A stretch of DNA of 64,000 nt, from positions 32,001 through 96,000 of the forward strand of contig CAVZVA010000008.1 in NCBI GenBank assembly GCA_963778655.1, read 5' to 3'. Positions 48,072-56,698 of the stretch are shown here, piece after piece (positions within the stretch are counted from its first letter, which is position 1; each line of letters opens with the position of its first letter). The DNA comes from an uncultured delta proteobacterium (GTDB lineage: Bacteria > Myxococcota_A > Polyangia > Polyangiales > JAFGIB01). The position numbers and the translations under genes were made by a program. The notes beneath the pieces were generated by a model that saw nothing but the letters and a program-made list of their open reading frames with translations, ran no database searches and was not told where the DNA came from.

Positions 48072-50489
48072 TCAATCCTTGATGATCATGTTGTCGAACA
48101 TCGCGTCGAACTCGTCGCCTTCCTGCTGGGCGCTCTTCTTGATTCCCAGCCGCTCGATGCGCGCGGCGACGTCGCGAAACTCCGGGCTCTTCTCCTCGAC
48201 CTTCTCGTACCAGACCAGCGCCTCGCTGGCCTTGCCCAGCAGCTCGCTGGCGTTGCCCAGCTCGAACCACAAGCTGAGCTCCTCCTCCTGCGAGCGCGAC
48301 GGGCTCCGCAGCGCGCGCTTGAAGTGCTCCGCCGCGTTGGCCATCTCGCCCTTGGCCACGTAGGACAGCCCGATCATGGTTTCGGCCATGCACTGCTTGT
48401 CCGGCTTGTCCAGGCAGAGCTTGAACTCCTCGATCGCCTCAGCGTGCAGGCCCATCTCCATGTAGGCGATCCCGAGGTCGTAGTGGGTCGCGGTGTCGCC
48501 CTTGTCGACCTGTCGCTTGACGCCTTCCTTGAACTGGTGAAGCACCTGTGCCACGTCCCCCGAGCTTTGCGAGGCGCCGTCGGCTTCCTCGGCCAGCTTC
48601 TGTGCCAGCGCGAAGCTGCGATCCTCGGCTGCGGCGTCGCTCCGCTCCGAGCCGCCATCGATCTCGGCCAGCTTGCGCAGCAACAGCGGGTGCTCCGGGT
48701 GCTCGTCCAGCGCGTCCATCAGGATCTGTCGCGCCTCGTCCGCGAGCTTTTGCGCCAGGTAGAAGTCGGCCTCTTCCAGCGCCTCTTGCAGCTCTTCGCT
48801 CGGCTCGGCTTCCTCCGCGCTTGCGTCCGCCCGCGCCGTCGCCGGTTGCGGCGGATCGCTGCGCGGCGGCTCGGGCTCGGCCTCGAGCTCGAGCACGCTC
48901 TCCTCCGAGTCGGGCTGCGGCTCCAGCGTCACCTCGGGATCGGCCTCGGCCTCCGCCTCGCCCGAGTCCTCGAACACCAGCTCCGGCTCCGCGTCTGCGT
49001 CATCGACGCCCTCCAGCTGCGTGGCCAGCGAGACCTCGCGCGGTCCCACCCGGACCGGGGGCGCGCTGCGTAGGTCCGAGAAGTCGGCCTCGTCGATCTC
49101 CTCCTCGAGGAACACCACCTCCTCGGCGTCGTCGCCCTCGGCCGCGGGCGCGCTCGCGCGCTGCAGCTCGGCCAGACGCGCCTTGACCGCCTCGTTGTCG
49201 GGGCTGAGCTCGGCGGCCTGCTCCAGGTATTCGCTGGCGCGCACCGGGTCGGTCTCGGCCACGCTCTCCGACAGCATCAGCAGCTGAATCACCGCGGAGC
49301 CGACCTCGCCGCGTTGCAGGTGCGCCTCCTTGAGCTTCTCGCGCGCTTCGACGTGTCCGGGATCGAGGTCGAGCACACGGTTGAGCTGCGCGACGACCTT
49401 GTCGCGCAGCCCGTAGCGCAGGAACACCTCGCACTCGGCCATCAGGCGTGCGATCTGCGCCTGCCGATCGGCGTCCGTGAACGGAGCGGCGATTGGCCGC
49501 GAGCCCTCGGCCGCATCCTCGTCGACGATCAACACCTCGTCGAGCTCGTCGTCGACCAGCGTCTCGGTGCCGTCGTCGAGCTCGGCCCGCGTGCTCAATG
49601 CCTGCAGTCGGCGGAGCGCCTCGGTGTCGCCGGGCTCGAGCTCGAGCAGCGCTTGCAGCGCCTCGGTTTCCTCGGCTTGGCGGCCGGCCTCGCCGTGGAT
49701 GCGGGCCACCTCGCGGTAGACCGAGATCGCCTTGGGGGTTTGTCCCAGCACCTGGAACGCGCGGGCCAGCAGCGCGAGCGTGGCGGTGTCGGTGGCGTCG
49801 GCCTTGAAGCAGGTCTGCAGGTGGGCGAGCGCAGGCTTGGCCTGGCCCCGCTCGATGTACAAGCCGGCGAGCTCGCGCGCGCGGTCGAGATCCTCGTGGC
49901 TGTGAAACAGCAGGCGTTCGGTGACCTTGATGTAGTCGTCGATCCGGCCTTGCTCCTTGAGCAGGTCCGCGCCCTTGCGAAAGGCGTCGGCGGCTTCGTC
50001 GATGCGGTCGGCCTTCGACAGCGCCTCGGCCGCCCGGATCCAGGCGGCCACGTTCTTGGGGTCGAGATGGGCGATCTTGCACAACGCGTTGAGCGCCTGG
50101 TCGGGCTTGCCGGAGTTCGCATAGGCGTCGGCCACCTGCTCGAAGGTGGAGAGCGCGTCGCTGGTCAGCGACAACATCTCGTACATCTCGCCCAGGCTTT
50201 CGGTCGCCTTCAGGTCACCGGGGTCGAGCTTGAGGATCTGCTTGTAGACCGCCACCGCCTTGAGGAAGAACCCCTGCTGCGCGTACTGCTGCGCGACCTT
50301 GCGATAGGTGCTGATCGCGCCCTTGTTGTCTCCGGTGCGCGTGTACAGGTCGCCCAGCTTGAGCAGCGAGCGCGCGTCGCCCGGATCGGACGCCACCATC
50401 TTCTCGTATTCGACGATGGCGCGATCGATCTGACCCTTGGCCAGGTACTTCTGGGCTGCCTTGAGTGCTTTGGCCCGATCGATGCTCAC
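48072..50489 (-). CDS. sgmX: TPR protein, SgmX-like (type IV pilus polar activator)
   Basis: N-terminal TPRs with GFFLKAVAVYKQILKL, acidic linker, C-terminal THYDLGIAYMEMGL TPRs; close to the mglC-like gene. Ortholog call from memory of M. xanthus SgmX. Confidence 0.75.
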   Translation of the reverse strand: MSIDRAKALKAAQKYLAKGQIDRAIVEYEKMVASDPGDARSLLKLGDLYTRTGDNKGAISTYRKVAQQYAQQGFFLKAVAVYKQILKLDPGDLKATESLGEMYEMLSLTSDALSTFEQVADAYANSGKPDQALNALCKIAHLDPKNVAAWIRAAEALSKADRIDEAADAFRKGADLLKEQGRIDDYIKVTERLLFHSHEDLDRARELAGLYIERGQAKPALAHLQTCFKADATDTATLALLARAFQVLGQTPKAISVYREVARIHGEAGRQAEETEALQALLELEPGDTEALRRLQALSTRAELDDGTETLVDDELDEVLIVDEDAAEGSRPIAAPFTDADRQAQIARLMAECEVFLRYGLRDKVVAQLNRVLDLDPGHVEAREKLKEAHLQRGEVGSAVIQLLMLSESVAETDPVRASEYLEQAAELSPDNEAVKARLAELQRASAPAAEGDDAEEVVFLEEEIDEADFSDLRSAPPVRVGPREVSLATQLEGVDDADAEPELVFEDSGEAEAEADPEVTLEPQPDSEESVLELEAEPEPPRSDPPQPATARADASAEEAEPSEELQEALEEADFYLAQKLADEARQILMDALDEHPEHPLLLRKLAEIDGGSERSDAAAEDRSFALAQKLAEEADGASQSSGDVAQVLHQFKEGVKRQVDKGDTATHYDLGIAYMEMGLHAEAIEEFKLCLDKPDKQCMAETMIGLSYVAKGEMANAAEHFKRALRSPSRSQEEELSLWFELGNASELLGKASEALVWYEKVEEKSPEFRDVAARIERLGIKKSAQQEGDEFDAMFDNMIIKD

Positions 50490-50800
50490 GAGCGCGGTCC
50501 GATCACCGGGGGGGGTACTGCGCGGCGCGCAAATCGGCGGTCAGGAGCCTGGGCTCGCAAGGGGATCGGCCCTTCCCGCGGCGCATCTGCCGGAATTCGG
50601 CATTCTGTCCGACGCGATCATCTGCTCCCGAGCCCTGTCCGCCGATTTCGCGCAACCGAAAAAAACACGTGCAACATCCAAAGTTTAGGTTTCGTGTGCA
50701 AGCAGGGTCAAGGGCTCCCCGCAGGGTCGGCCCCGGGCGGCCCATGTCGGCCAATGTAGCGCACCCGGCGCGGCCCTGCTCGCCTGCTTCGGATCGACTC

Positions 50801-51247
50801 CTAGGCGAGGCGCTCGGCAAGGGCCCGCAAGCCCAGCAGGTAGCTGCTCGTGCCGAAGCCGAGCACGGCGCCGAGGCAGGCGCCGGCCGTCAGCGAGCGA
50901 TGGCGAAACTCCTCGCGCGCGTGGATGTTCGACACATGCGCTTCGACGCACGGCAGGCCCACCGAGGCCAGCGCGTCGCGCAGGGCGACCGAGGTGTGCG
51001 TCAAGCCGCCGGGGTTGATCAGTATCGCGTCGAAGCTGCCGCGGGCCTGCTGGATCCAATCGATCAGCTCTCCCTCGTGGTTGCTCTGCCGGCACTGCAC
51101 CGTCACCGAGAGCTCCCGCGCCAGCCGCGCGAGCGCGCGGTCCACGTCGGCCAGCGTCTGACTGCCGTAGATCTCCGGCTCGCGGGTGCCGAGCAGGTTC
51201 AGGTTGGGTCCGTGCAGGACCAGGATCTTGGGGCGACGCGCAGCCAT
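50801..51247 (-). CDS. aroQ: Type II 3-dehydroquinate dehydratase
   Basis: [52 protein letters not shown]. Confidence 0.97.
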   Translation of the reverse strand: MAARRPKILVLHGPNLNLLGTREPEIYGSQTLADVDRALARLARELSVTVQCRQSNHEGELIDWIQQARGSFDAILINPGGLTHTSVALRDALASVGLPCVEAHVSNIHAREEFRHRSLTAGACLGAVLGFGTSSYLLGLRALAERLA

Positions 51248-51268
51248 CGGGTCCCGCCGCGGCGTGGC

Positions 51269-51628
51269 TCAGGACAGCTTTTCCAGTAGCATCGGGGCCT
51301 GCATGCGCAACAGGTAGCGCGCCTTGCCGAAGTTGCCGGCGGGCTCGATTGTCATCGCCACGAAGTACTCGTCGTTGAGCAGGCGGATCAGGGTGGTCAT
51401 GTTCTCGGCGCGTACCGCCACCTCTTGCGCGGCGCCGAGATCGAGCATCGCCGCGGCCTGTTTGATCTGGCCGAGCACCACGCTGTATTCCGAGCCGACC
51501 GACTCGACGTTGAATGTGCTCGGGTCGCGGCTGTAGCTGTCGACGGTGATGCCGTCGAAACCCATCAGCAGGCTGGCGACGGCGCCGTCGGTGCCCTCCA
51601 CCAGCTCGCGCAACACGTCCTGGAACAT
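51269..51628 (-). CDS. mglC: Roadblock/LC7 protein, MglC-like
   Basis: LMGFDGITVD (FDxI motif), YF.A....GNFGKARY.LR..AP. Confidence 0.82.
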   Translation of the reverse strand: MFQDVLRELVEGTDGAVASLLMGFDGITVDSYSRDPSTFNVESVGSEYSVVLGQIKQAAAMLDLGAAQEVAVRAENMTTLIRLLNDEYFVAMTIEPAGNFGKARYLLRMQAPMLLEKLS

Positions 51629-51787
51629 GCGACCTCCGCCTTTCGGCCGAAAGTCTACTACGAAGGCCCGGCTGCTATTCAAAATTGTTGAGCTTTGGCG
51701 TGGTCGCCGCAGCGCCGCTCGGCGGGCGCCGGCCCAAGCCGGGTCGGGTGGGCGGGCACCCGCGCGTCCGTTCCTGCGCGCCGAGGC

Positions 51788-51815
51788 TTGACAACCAGGG
51801 CCGCGACGGTAGATG
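51788..51815 (+). promoter_or_regulatory. sigma70-type promoter for the tRNA (and possibly pgeF-folC)
   Basis: TTGACA-16 bp-TAGATG, 13 bp upstream of the tRNA. Confidence 0.5.
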
Positions 51816-51828
51816 AGTCGCCTGCCCC

Positions 51829-51910
51829 GCGGACGTGGCGGAACTGGCATACGCGCTAGACTAAGGATCTAGTGGGGAAACCCTTGGAGGTTCGAGTCCT
51901 CTCGTCCGCA
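51829..51910 (+). tRNA. tRNA-Leu, anticodon AAG (CCA not encoded)
   Basis: Acceptor GCGGACG/CGTCCGC with A73; D arm GCG-GAACTGGCATA-CGC; anticodon stem CTAGA/TCTAG, loop CT-AAG-GA; long variable arm GGG-GAAA-CCC; T arm GGAGG-TTCGAGT-CCTCT. Confidence 0.93.
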
Positions 51911-51915
51911 CCGCT

Positions 51916-52692
51916 ATGCTCCCTCCCGTGAGCGATGTGCTGCAATCTCGCTTGCTGGCGGAGCTGGGCTTTCGCCATGGCTTCAACCTGCGCACCGGCG
52001 GCGCCAGCGAGGGGCCGTTCGCGTCGTTCAATCTCGGCCGCGCCGTGGGCGACGACCCGGAACGGGTCGAGCAGAACCACCTGCGCTTTGCCCGTGCGGT
52101 GGGCTACGCGCCCGGCTCGCTGTTCGAGGTGAGCCAGGTGCACGGCGCGGCGGTGCGCGCGGTGTCCGCGCCCGACGCCCCTCTGGCGCTGCGCCGCGAG
52201 CAGGCCGACGCGCTGTGCGCCCCGGCCGGCGGGCTGGCCATCGGCGTGCGGGTCGCGGACTGCGTGCCGGTGCTGCTGGCCGACCCCCGCAGCGGTGCGG
52301 TCGCCGCCGTCCACGCCGGCTGGCGCGGCACCGTGCGCGGCGTGGTCGAGTCGGCGCTGTACGCGCTGCTCGCGCTGGGCGGCGGCGCGCCGGGCGAGCT
52401 CGCGGCCGCCATCTTCCCGCACATCCGTGCCTGCTGCTTCGAGGTGGGGCAGGACGTGGCCGAGGCGCTGGTGGCGGCCTCGCCCGACCCGTACGTGGTC
52501 GACCGCAGCCGGCTCAAGCCGCACGTGGACCTGTCCGCGATCGTCGCCGCCAAGCTCGCCGCCGCCGGGGTCCGGCCGGAGCGCATCGAGCCGCTCGAGG
52601 GCTGCACCCGCTGCGCGCAGCCGCGCTTCTTCTCGTACCGCCGCGACGGCCAGCGCTCCGGCCGCCATGTGTGCGCGATCGTGTCCGCGTGA
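51916..52692 (+). CDS. pgeF: YfiH/PgeF (laccase-domain purine nucleoside phosphorylase-like)
   Basis: HGF..R.GG.S, SFNLG, QVHG, ADCVPVLL, HAGWRG, FFSYRR. Confidence 0.93.
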   Translation: MLPPVSDVLQSRLLAELGFRHGFNLRTGGASEGPFASFNLGRAVGDDPERVEQNHLRFARAVGYAPGSLFEVSQVHGAAVRAVSAPDAPLALRREQADALCAPAGGLAIGVRVADCVPVLLADPRSGAVAAVHAGWRGTVRGVVESALYALLALGGGAPGELAAAIFPHIRACCFEVGQDVAEALVAASPDPYVVDRSRLKPHVDLSAIVAAKLAAAGVRPERIEPLEGCTRCAQPRFFSYRRDGQRSGRHVCAIVSA

Positions 52693-52720
52693 CGCTTTGC
52701 CCGGAGCACCCGCCCACGCC

Positions 52721-54004
52721 ATGCGCTACGAGGAAGCGATCGCCCGCTTGTTCGCGATGCAGTCACGCGGGATTCGCCTCGGCCGCAGCCGCATGGCGGC
52801 GGCGCTCGCGCTGCGCGGGCATCCCGAGCGCGGCCAGTGCTACCTGCAGGTGGCGGGCACCAATGGCAAGGGCAGCATCTCGGCGATGCTGGCCGCGTGC
52901 CTGCAGCAGGCCGGCTATCGCACGGGGCTCTACACCTCGCCGCACCTGCAGCGCTACGTCGAGCGCGTGCGCATCGACGGCCGGCCGCTCGCCGAGCGCG
53001 AGGCCGCCGCGCGCATCTCCGAGCTGCTGGACGCGTTCGCGCGCAAGGGCGCGCCCGAGACCACCTTCTTCGAGCTGACCACGCTGCTCGCGCTGGAGGC
53101 GTTTCGCGACCACGGCTGCGACGTCGTGGTGCTGGAGGTGGGCCTGGGCGGCCGCCTCGACGCGACCAGCGCCGTGACGCCGAGGGTGAGCGTGATCAGC
53201 TCGATCGCGCTCGACCACACCCGCATCCTGGGCGACAGCCTGGCCGCGATCGCGCGCGAGAAGGCCGGTATCGCCAAGCGCGGGGTGCCGCTGGTGAGCG
53301 GCGTGCGCGAGCCGGAGGCGCGGCGCGTGATCGCGGCGCGCGCGCGGCGCGTGGGCGCGCCCACCTGGCAGATCGACCGTGACTTCGCCTGGACGCCCGC
53401 CGCGCGTCCTGGGCGCTTTGACGTGCGCATCGGGACGCACGTATTGCCCGGCCTGCGCACGCGGTTGCGGGGCGAGCACCAGCAGCACAACGCAGCCTGC
53501 GCCGTGGCTGCCCTGTGGCGCCTGCGCGAGACCGGCATCCGCGTGCCGGAAAGCGCGATCCGGCGCGGGCTGCTGCGCGTGCGCTGGCCCGGCCGACTGG
53601 AGCGGGTCGGCAGGCGGCCCGCATTCCTGTTCGACGCGGCGCACAACCTCGACGGCTGCCGCAGCCTGGCGCGCTATCTGGACGCGGTGGGTCGCCCGGG
53701 TTCGCGCGTGCTGGTGTTTGGCGCCATGGCCGACAAGCAGTACGGCGAGATGCTGCGCGTGCTGGCGCCGCACGTGGACCGCATCTTCTTTAGCCCGCCG
53801 CCGATGCCGCGCTCGGCCAGCCACGCGCAGCTGCGTCGCTTCGCCACCGGCGTGCGCACGCGTGACGTGCGCGACGCGATCGCGCGCGCGCGTCGCGCCG
53901 CCGGCCCACGCGGCGAGGTGCTGGTCGCCGGCTCGATCTTCCTGGTCGCCGAGGCCCGCGCTCACGTGCTCGGCACGCGCCGCGACCCGCTGATCCGCAT
54001 GTGA
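52721..54004 (+). CDS. folC: Folylpolyglutamate synthase/dihydrofolate synthase
   Basis: VAGTNGKGS, YTSPHL, TFFE, EVGLGGRLDAT, WPGRLE, DAAHN, AGSIFLV. Confidence 0.96.
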   Translation: MRYEEAIARLFAMQSRGIRLGRSRMAAALALRGHPERGQCYLQVAGTNGKGSISAMLAACLQQAGYRTGLYTSPHLQRYVERVRIDGRPLAEREAAARISELLDAFARKGAPETTFFELTTLLALEAFRDHGCDVVVLEVGLGGRLDATSAVTPRVSVISSIALDHTRILGDSLAAIAREKAGIAKRGVPLVSGVREPEARRVIAARARRVGAPTWQIDRDFAWTPAARPGRFDVRIGTHVLPGLRTRLRGEHQQHNAACAVAALWRLRETGIRVPESAIRRGLLRVRWPGRLERVGRRPAFLFDAAHNLDGCRSLARYLDAVGRPGSRVLVFGAMADKQYGEMLRVLAPHVDRIFFSPPPMPRSASHAQLRRFATGVRTRDVRDAIARARRAAGPRGEVLVAGSIFLVAEARAHVLGTRRDPLIRM

Positions 54005-54008
54005 TGCG

Positions 54009-55577
54009 CTAACCGAGCACGCGCGCGATGTTGTCGAGCAGCTCGTCGCCGCGCACGGGCTTGTGCAGCACGATGCCGGGGTACTTGCGCAGGAAGCCCT
54101 CGAAGGAGGCGTCGGAGCCGGCCGAGGTCACGATCAGCGCGCGGCGGTGCAGGTCGGGACGGTGCTGCTCGAGCCAGGAGAGCAGGGCGCGGCCGTCGGC
54201 TCCGGGCAGATCGAGCTCGAGCAGCACCGCGTCCGGCGTGGAGCCGGATTCGAGCAGCTCGATGGCGTCGCGACCGTCCTGCGCGATCAGCAGGTGGTGC
54301 AGCGGATTGAGCAGGCGCATGTACGAGCGCAGCACGCGCTCGTCGTCGTCGACCACCAGCACCGAGTGCCTCGCCGGCGGCGCGCTCGACCGGGGGCGCT
54401 CGCCGGCCGCCTGCCGGTGATAGACGGCGCGCACGGCCTCGAGGCTCGGGATCGGCAGAAAACACACGAAGGTGGCGCCCTCGCCGTAGACCGACTCCAC
54501 CGACAGATCGCCGCCGAGCTCGCGCAGCGCCGAGCGCGAGATCGCCAGACCCAACCCTGTTCCCAGCTCCAGACGCTTGGTGGTGAAGAACGGATCGAAG
54601 ATGCGGTCGAGCGCGTCGCGGGCGATGCCCGGCCCGGTATCGTTGACCACCAGCGCGACGAAGTCCTCGTCCGCGCGCGCGCTGATGCGCACGCGGTGAT
54701 TCGGTCGCTCGACCTCGCGGATCGCGTGGGCCGCGTTGATCAGCAGGTTGATCACGACTTGGGTGACGCGGTTGCGCGGCAACACCAGCTTGGGCAGGTC
54801 GGCGGCGTAGTCGCGGTCGAGCAGGGCGTGGTTGAACAGCTCGTGGCCGACCAGACGCAACGCCTGGTCCACAATCTCCTCGACCTCGACCAGGTCCGGC
54901 GGCTCAGTGCGATCGGACCGCGCGAATACACGCAGGTCGCGCACGATCGACGCGATCGAGTCCGCGGCGGTCCCGATGTCGTCCAGGATGCGCGCCGCGT
55001 CGCGGCCGCGCCCCTGGGCCGGCTCGAGCTTGCGCAGCTTGTCCCAGGTGGTGTCTGCCACCGCGTCGCCTGAGCGCAGCGCGCGCGCGATCTCCCACGC
55101 CCCCTCGCACGCCGGCAGCACGTAACGCCGCGCCGCCTCGATCGAGAGCAGCATCACCGCCAGCGGGTTGTTGATCTCGTGTCCGATGCCCGCGACCATC
55201 GCGCCCAGCGCCGTGAGCTTTTCCGCGTGCGCGAAGGTCTGCTGCATGCGCGCGCCGTCGGCGCGCAGGCGCGCGCGGATCGCCACCCGGTCGACGAATG
55301 CCGCCAGCGCGCTGGCGCCGGCGGACTTCAGCACCACCGCCTCGTCCGCGCCGCCGGCCAGCGCAGAGATCGCGTCGGGCTCGTCCCGCGCCACCACCCC
55401 GATCGGCACCACGCCCTCGCGGGCGCGCGCTTCGGCCACCGCCTGCTGCGGCGCGCCGTCGAGAGCCTCGAACTCCAGGCCGCGCGCTTGCGCCCAGGGC
55501 AAGCCTTCGGCCAGCGCGTGCAGTGAGGCGCGCAGCTCGGCGTTCTGGACCAGGATCAGCGTGCGGGCATCAGACAT
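54009..55577 (-). CDS. Soluble hybrid sensor histidine kinase (degenerate N-terminal receiver, HisKA, HATPase, C-terminal receiver)
   Basis: GHEINNPL, QVVINLLINA, DTGPGI, FDPFFTTK, GTGLGL, VLVVDDD..HKP; no TM segment. Confidence 0.92.
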   Translation of the reverse strand: MSDARTLILVQNAELRASLHALAEGLPWAQARGLEFEALDGAPQQAVAEARAREGVVPIGVVARDEPDAISALAGGADEAVVLKSAGASALAAFVDRVAIRARLRADGARMQQTFAHAEKLTALGAMVAGIGHEINNPLAVMLLSIEAARRYVLPACEGAWEIARALRSGDAVADTTWDKLRKLEPAQGRGRDAARILDDIGTAADSIASIVRDLRVFARSDRTEPPDLVEVEEIVDQALRLVGHELFNHALLDRDYAADLPKLVLPRNRVTQVVINLLINAAHAIREVERPNHRVRISARADEDFVALVVNDTGPGIARDALDRIFDPFFTTKRLELGTGLGLAISRSALRELGGDLSVESVYGEGATFVCFLPIPSLEAVRAVYHRQAAGERPRSSAPPARHSVLVVDDDERVLRSYMRLLNPLHHLLIAQDGRDAIELLESGSTPDAVLLELDLPGADGRALLSWLEQHRPDLHRRALIVTSAGSDASFEGFLRKYPGIVLHKPVRGDELLDNIARVLG

Positions 55578-55603
55578 CGCCGCGGCCATTGTCCACCTTG
55601 CGC

Positions 55604-56698
55604 TCAGACGAAGGAAGACTGCTCGCGATCGACTTCGAGCACGGCCGCCGCGCGTGTGAAGCCCGCGCCCTGGGCGTAGAGGGCTACGAACGTGCCTGGC
55701 GACAACAGCCCCCGCATGCGTGCACGGGCGAGGTTGAACAGAGGGCCACATACGCCGACATGTGCGATGTCCTCGTAGGTGGTCACCGCGCGCGACCTCG
55801 GCAGACCGAGCCGCTCCGCGATCGCGCCTGGCAGGAAGCCGCGCGGCTGCACGCTGGCCAGCACCTGCAGGCGCTCCACCTCGACCTGGGCCCGGACGGC
55901 AGCCTCACGCACGGTGGTCGCGCCGAAGCTCACCGTCTCTCGCATCAGCAGCTTGACTTGTTCGGGTGCGCAGCTGCCCAGCCGGAATGCGGCGCCCGGC
56001 TGCCACCACGGGGGATCGCTGCTCGCGTCGCTGCCGCGCACCCAGGTGACCGCGGGTGCGTATTCGCCGTGGGTCACGCCGAGCGTGGCCCGCAGCCTCA
56101 GCCCGCGACCGCGGGTGACCACGAGCGCGCTCGCGGCATCTCCGAGCCCGGGTGTTGCCGGGTGCATGAAGGGCATCGCGCGCAGCAACAGGTGCGACTG
56201 CGTCAGCAGGACCACCCTCGCCAGCCCGCTCTCGAGATAGGCGCGCGCGATCTCCAGCTGCGCAAGCGCGCTCGCACAGGCCGCGTCCACGCCCAGCGCC
56301 AGCGCCCGCCCGGCGTTCAACCCGTGTGCGACCGCCGCAGCGGTCGGCGGAATCAAGCGCTCCGCGACCAGCGCGTTGGACAGCACCAGATCGACGTCCG
56401 TCCCCGGTATGCCCGCGTCCGCGAGCGCGGCGCGGGCGGCGTGCAGCTCCGCTTCCGCGGCCGTGGTAGAGGCGTCCGCGACGCGCCGCCGGATTGCGCC
56501 CAGGAATGGGTCGGTCGCTTCGCGGGCCAAGTCGCGAGCCACGATGGCGGCCGCGGCCGGATCCTCGGATTCCGGGATGTCGTTGAACGTCCGTTCGCTG
56601 GCGGTGTGCTCGCGCGTCGCGAACGAGGCAGGCCACGCGTCGTTTGCTCGCACCTGCTCCGGCAGCCAGGTGCCGAGCCCCACGATCGCGACGCTCAC
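55604..56698 (-). CDS. KAS III (FabH-like) condensing enzyme / acyltransferase with non-canonical triad
   Basis: IVGLGTWLP, DAACAS, GLGDAASA, SVQP where HQ is expected, AHVG where GN is expected, QGAGF; GTG overlaps the ThDP gene stop. Confidence 0.85.
   Translation of the reverse strand: MSVAIVGLGTWLPEQVRANDAWPASFATREHTASERTFNDIPESEDPAAAAIVARDLAREATDPFLGAIRRRVADASTTAAEAELHAARAALADAGIPGTDVDLVLSNALVAERLIPPTAAAVAHGLNAGRALALGVDAACASALAQLEIARAYLESGLARVVLLTQSHLLLRAMPFMHPATPGLGDAASALVVTRGRGLRLRATLGVTHGEYAPAVTWVRGSDASSDPPWWQPGAAFRLGSCAPEQVKLLMRETVSFGATTVREAAVRAQVEVERLQVLASVQPRGFLPGAIAERLGLPRSRAVTTYEDIAHVGVCGPLFNLARARMRGLLSPGTFVALYAQGAGFTRAAAVLEVDREQSSFV

Noticed and set aside
51856..51872. Reading the tRNA anticodon as TAA
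   Set aside because: That needs a one-base loop shift that breaks the perfect CTAGA/TCTAG stem and removes U33. The 7-nt loop centres on AAG.
51890..51915. tRNA 3' end as an integration (att) site
   Set aside because: No integrase and no duplicated tRNA 3' end were seen, and housekeeping pgeF-folC follows directly.
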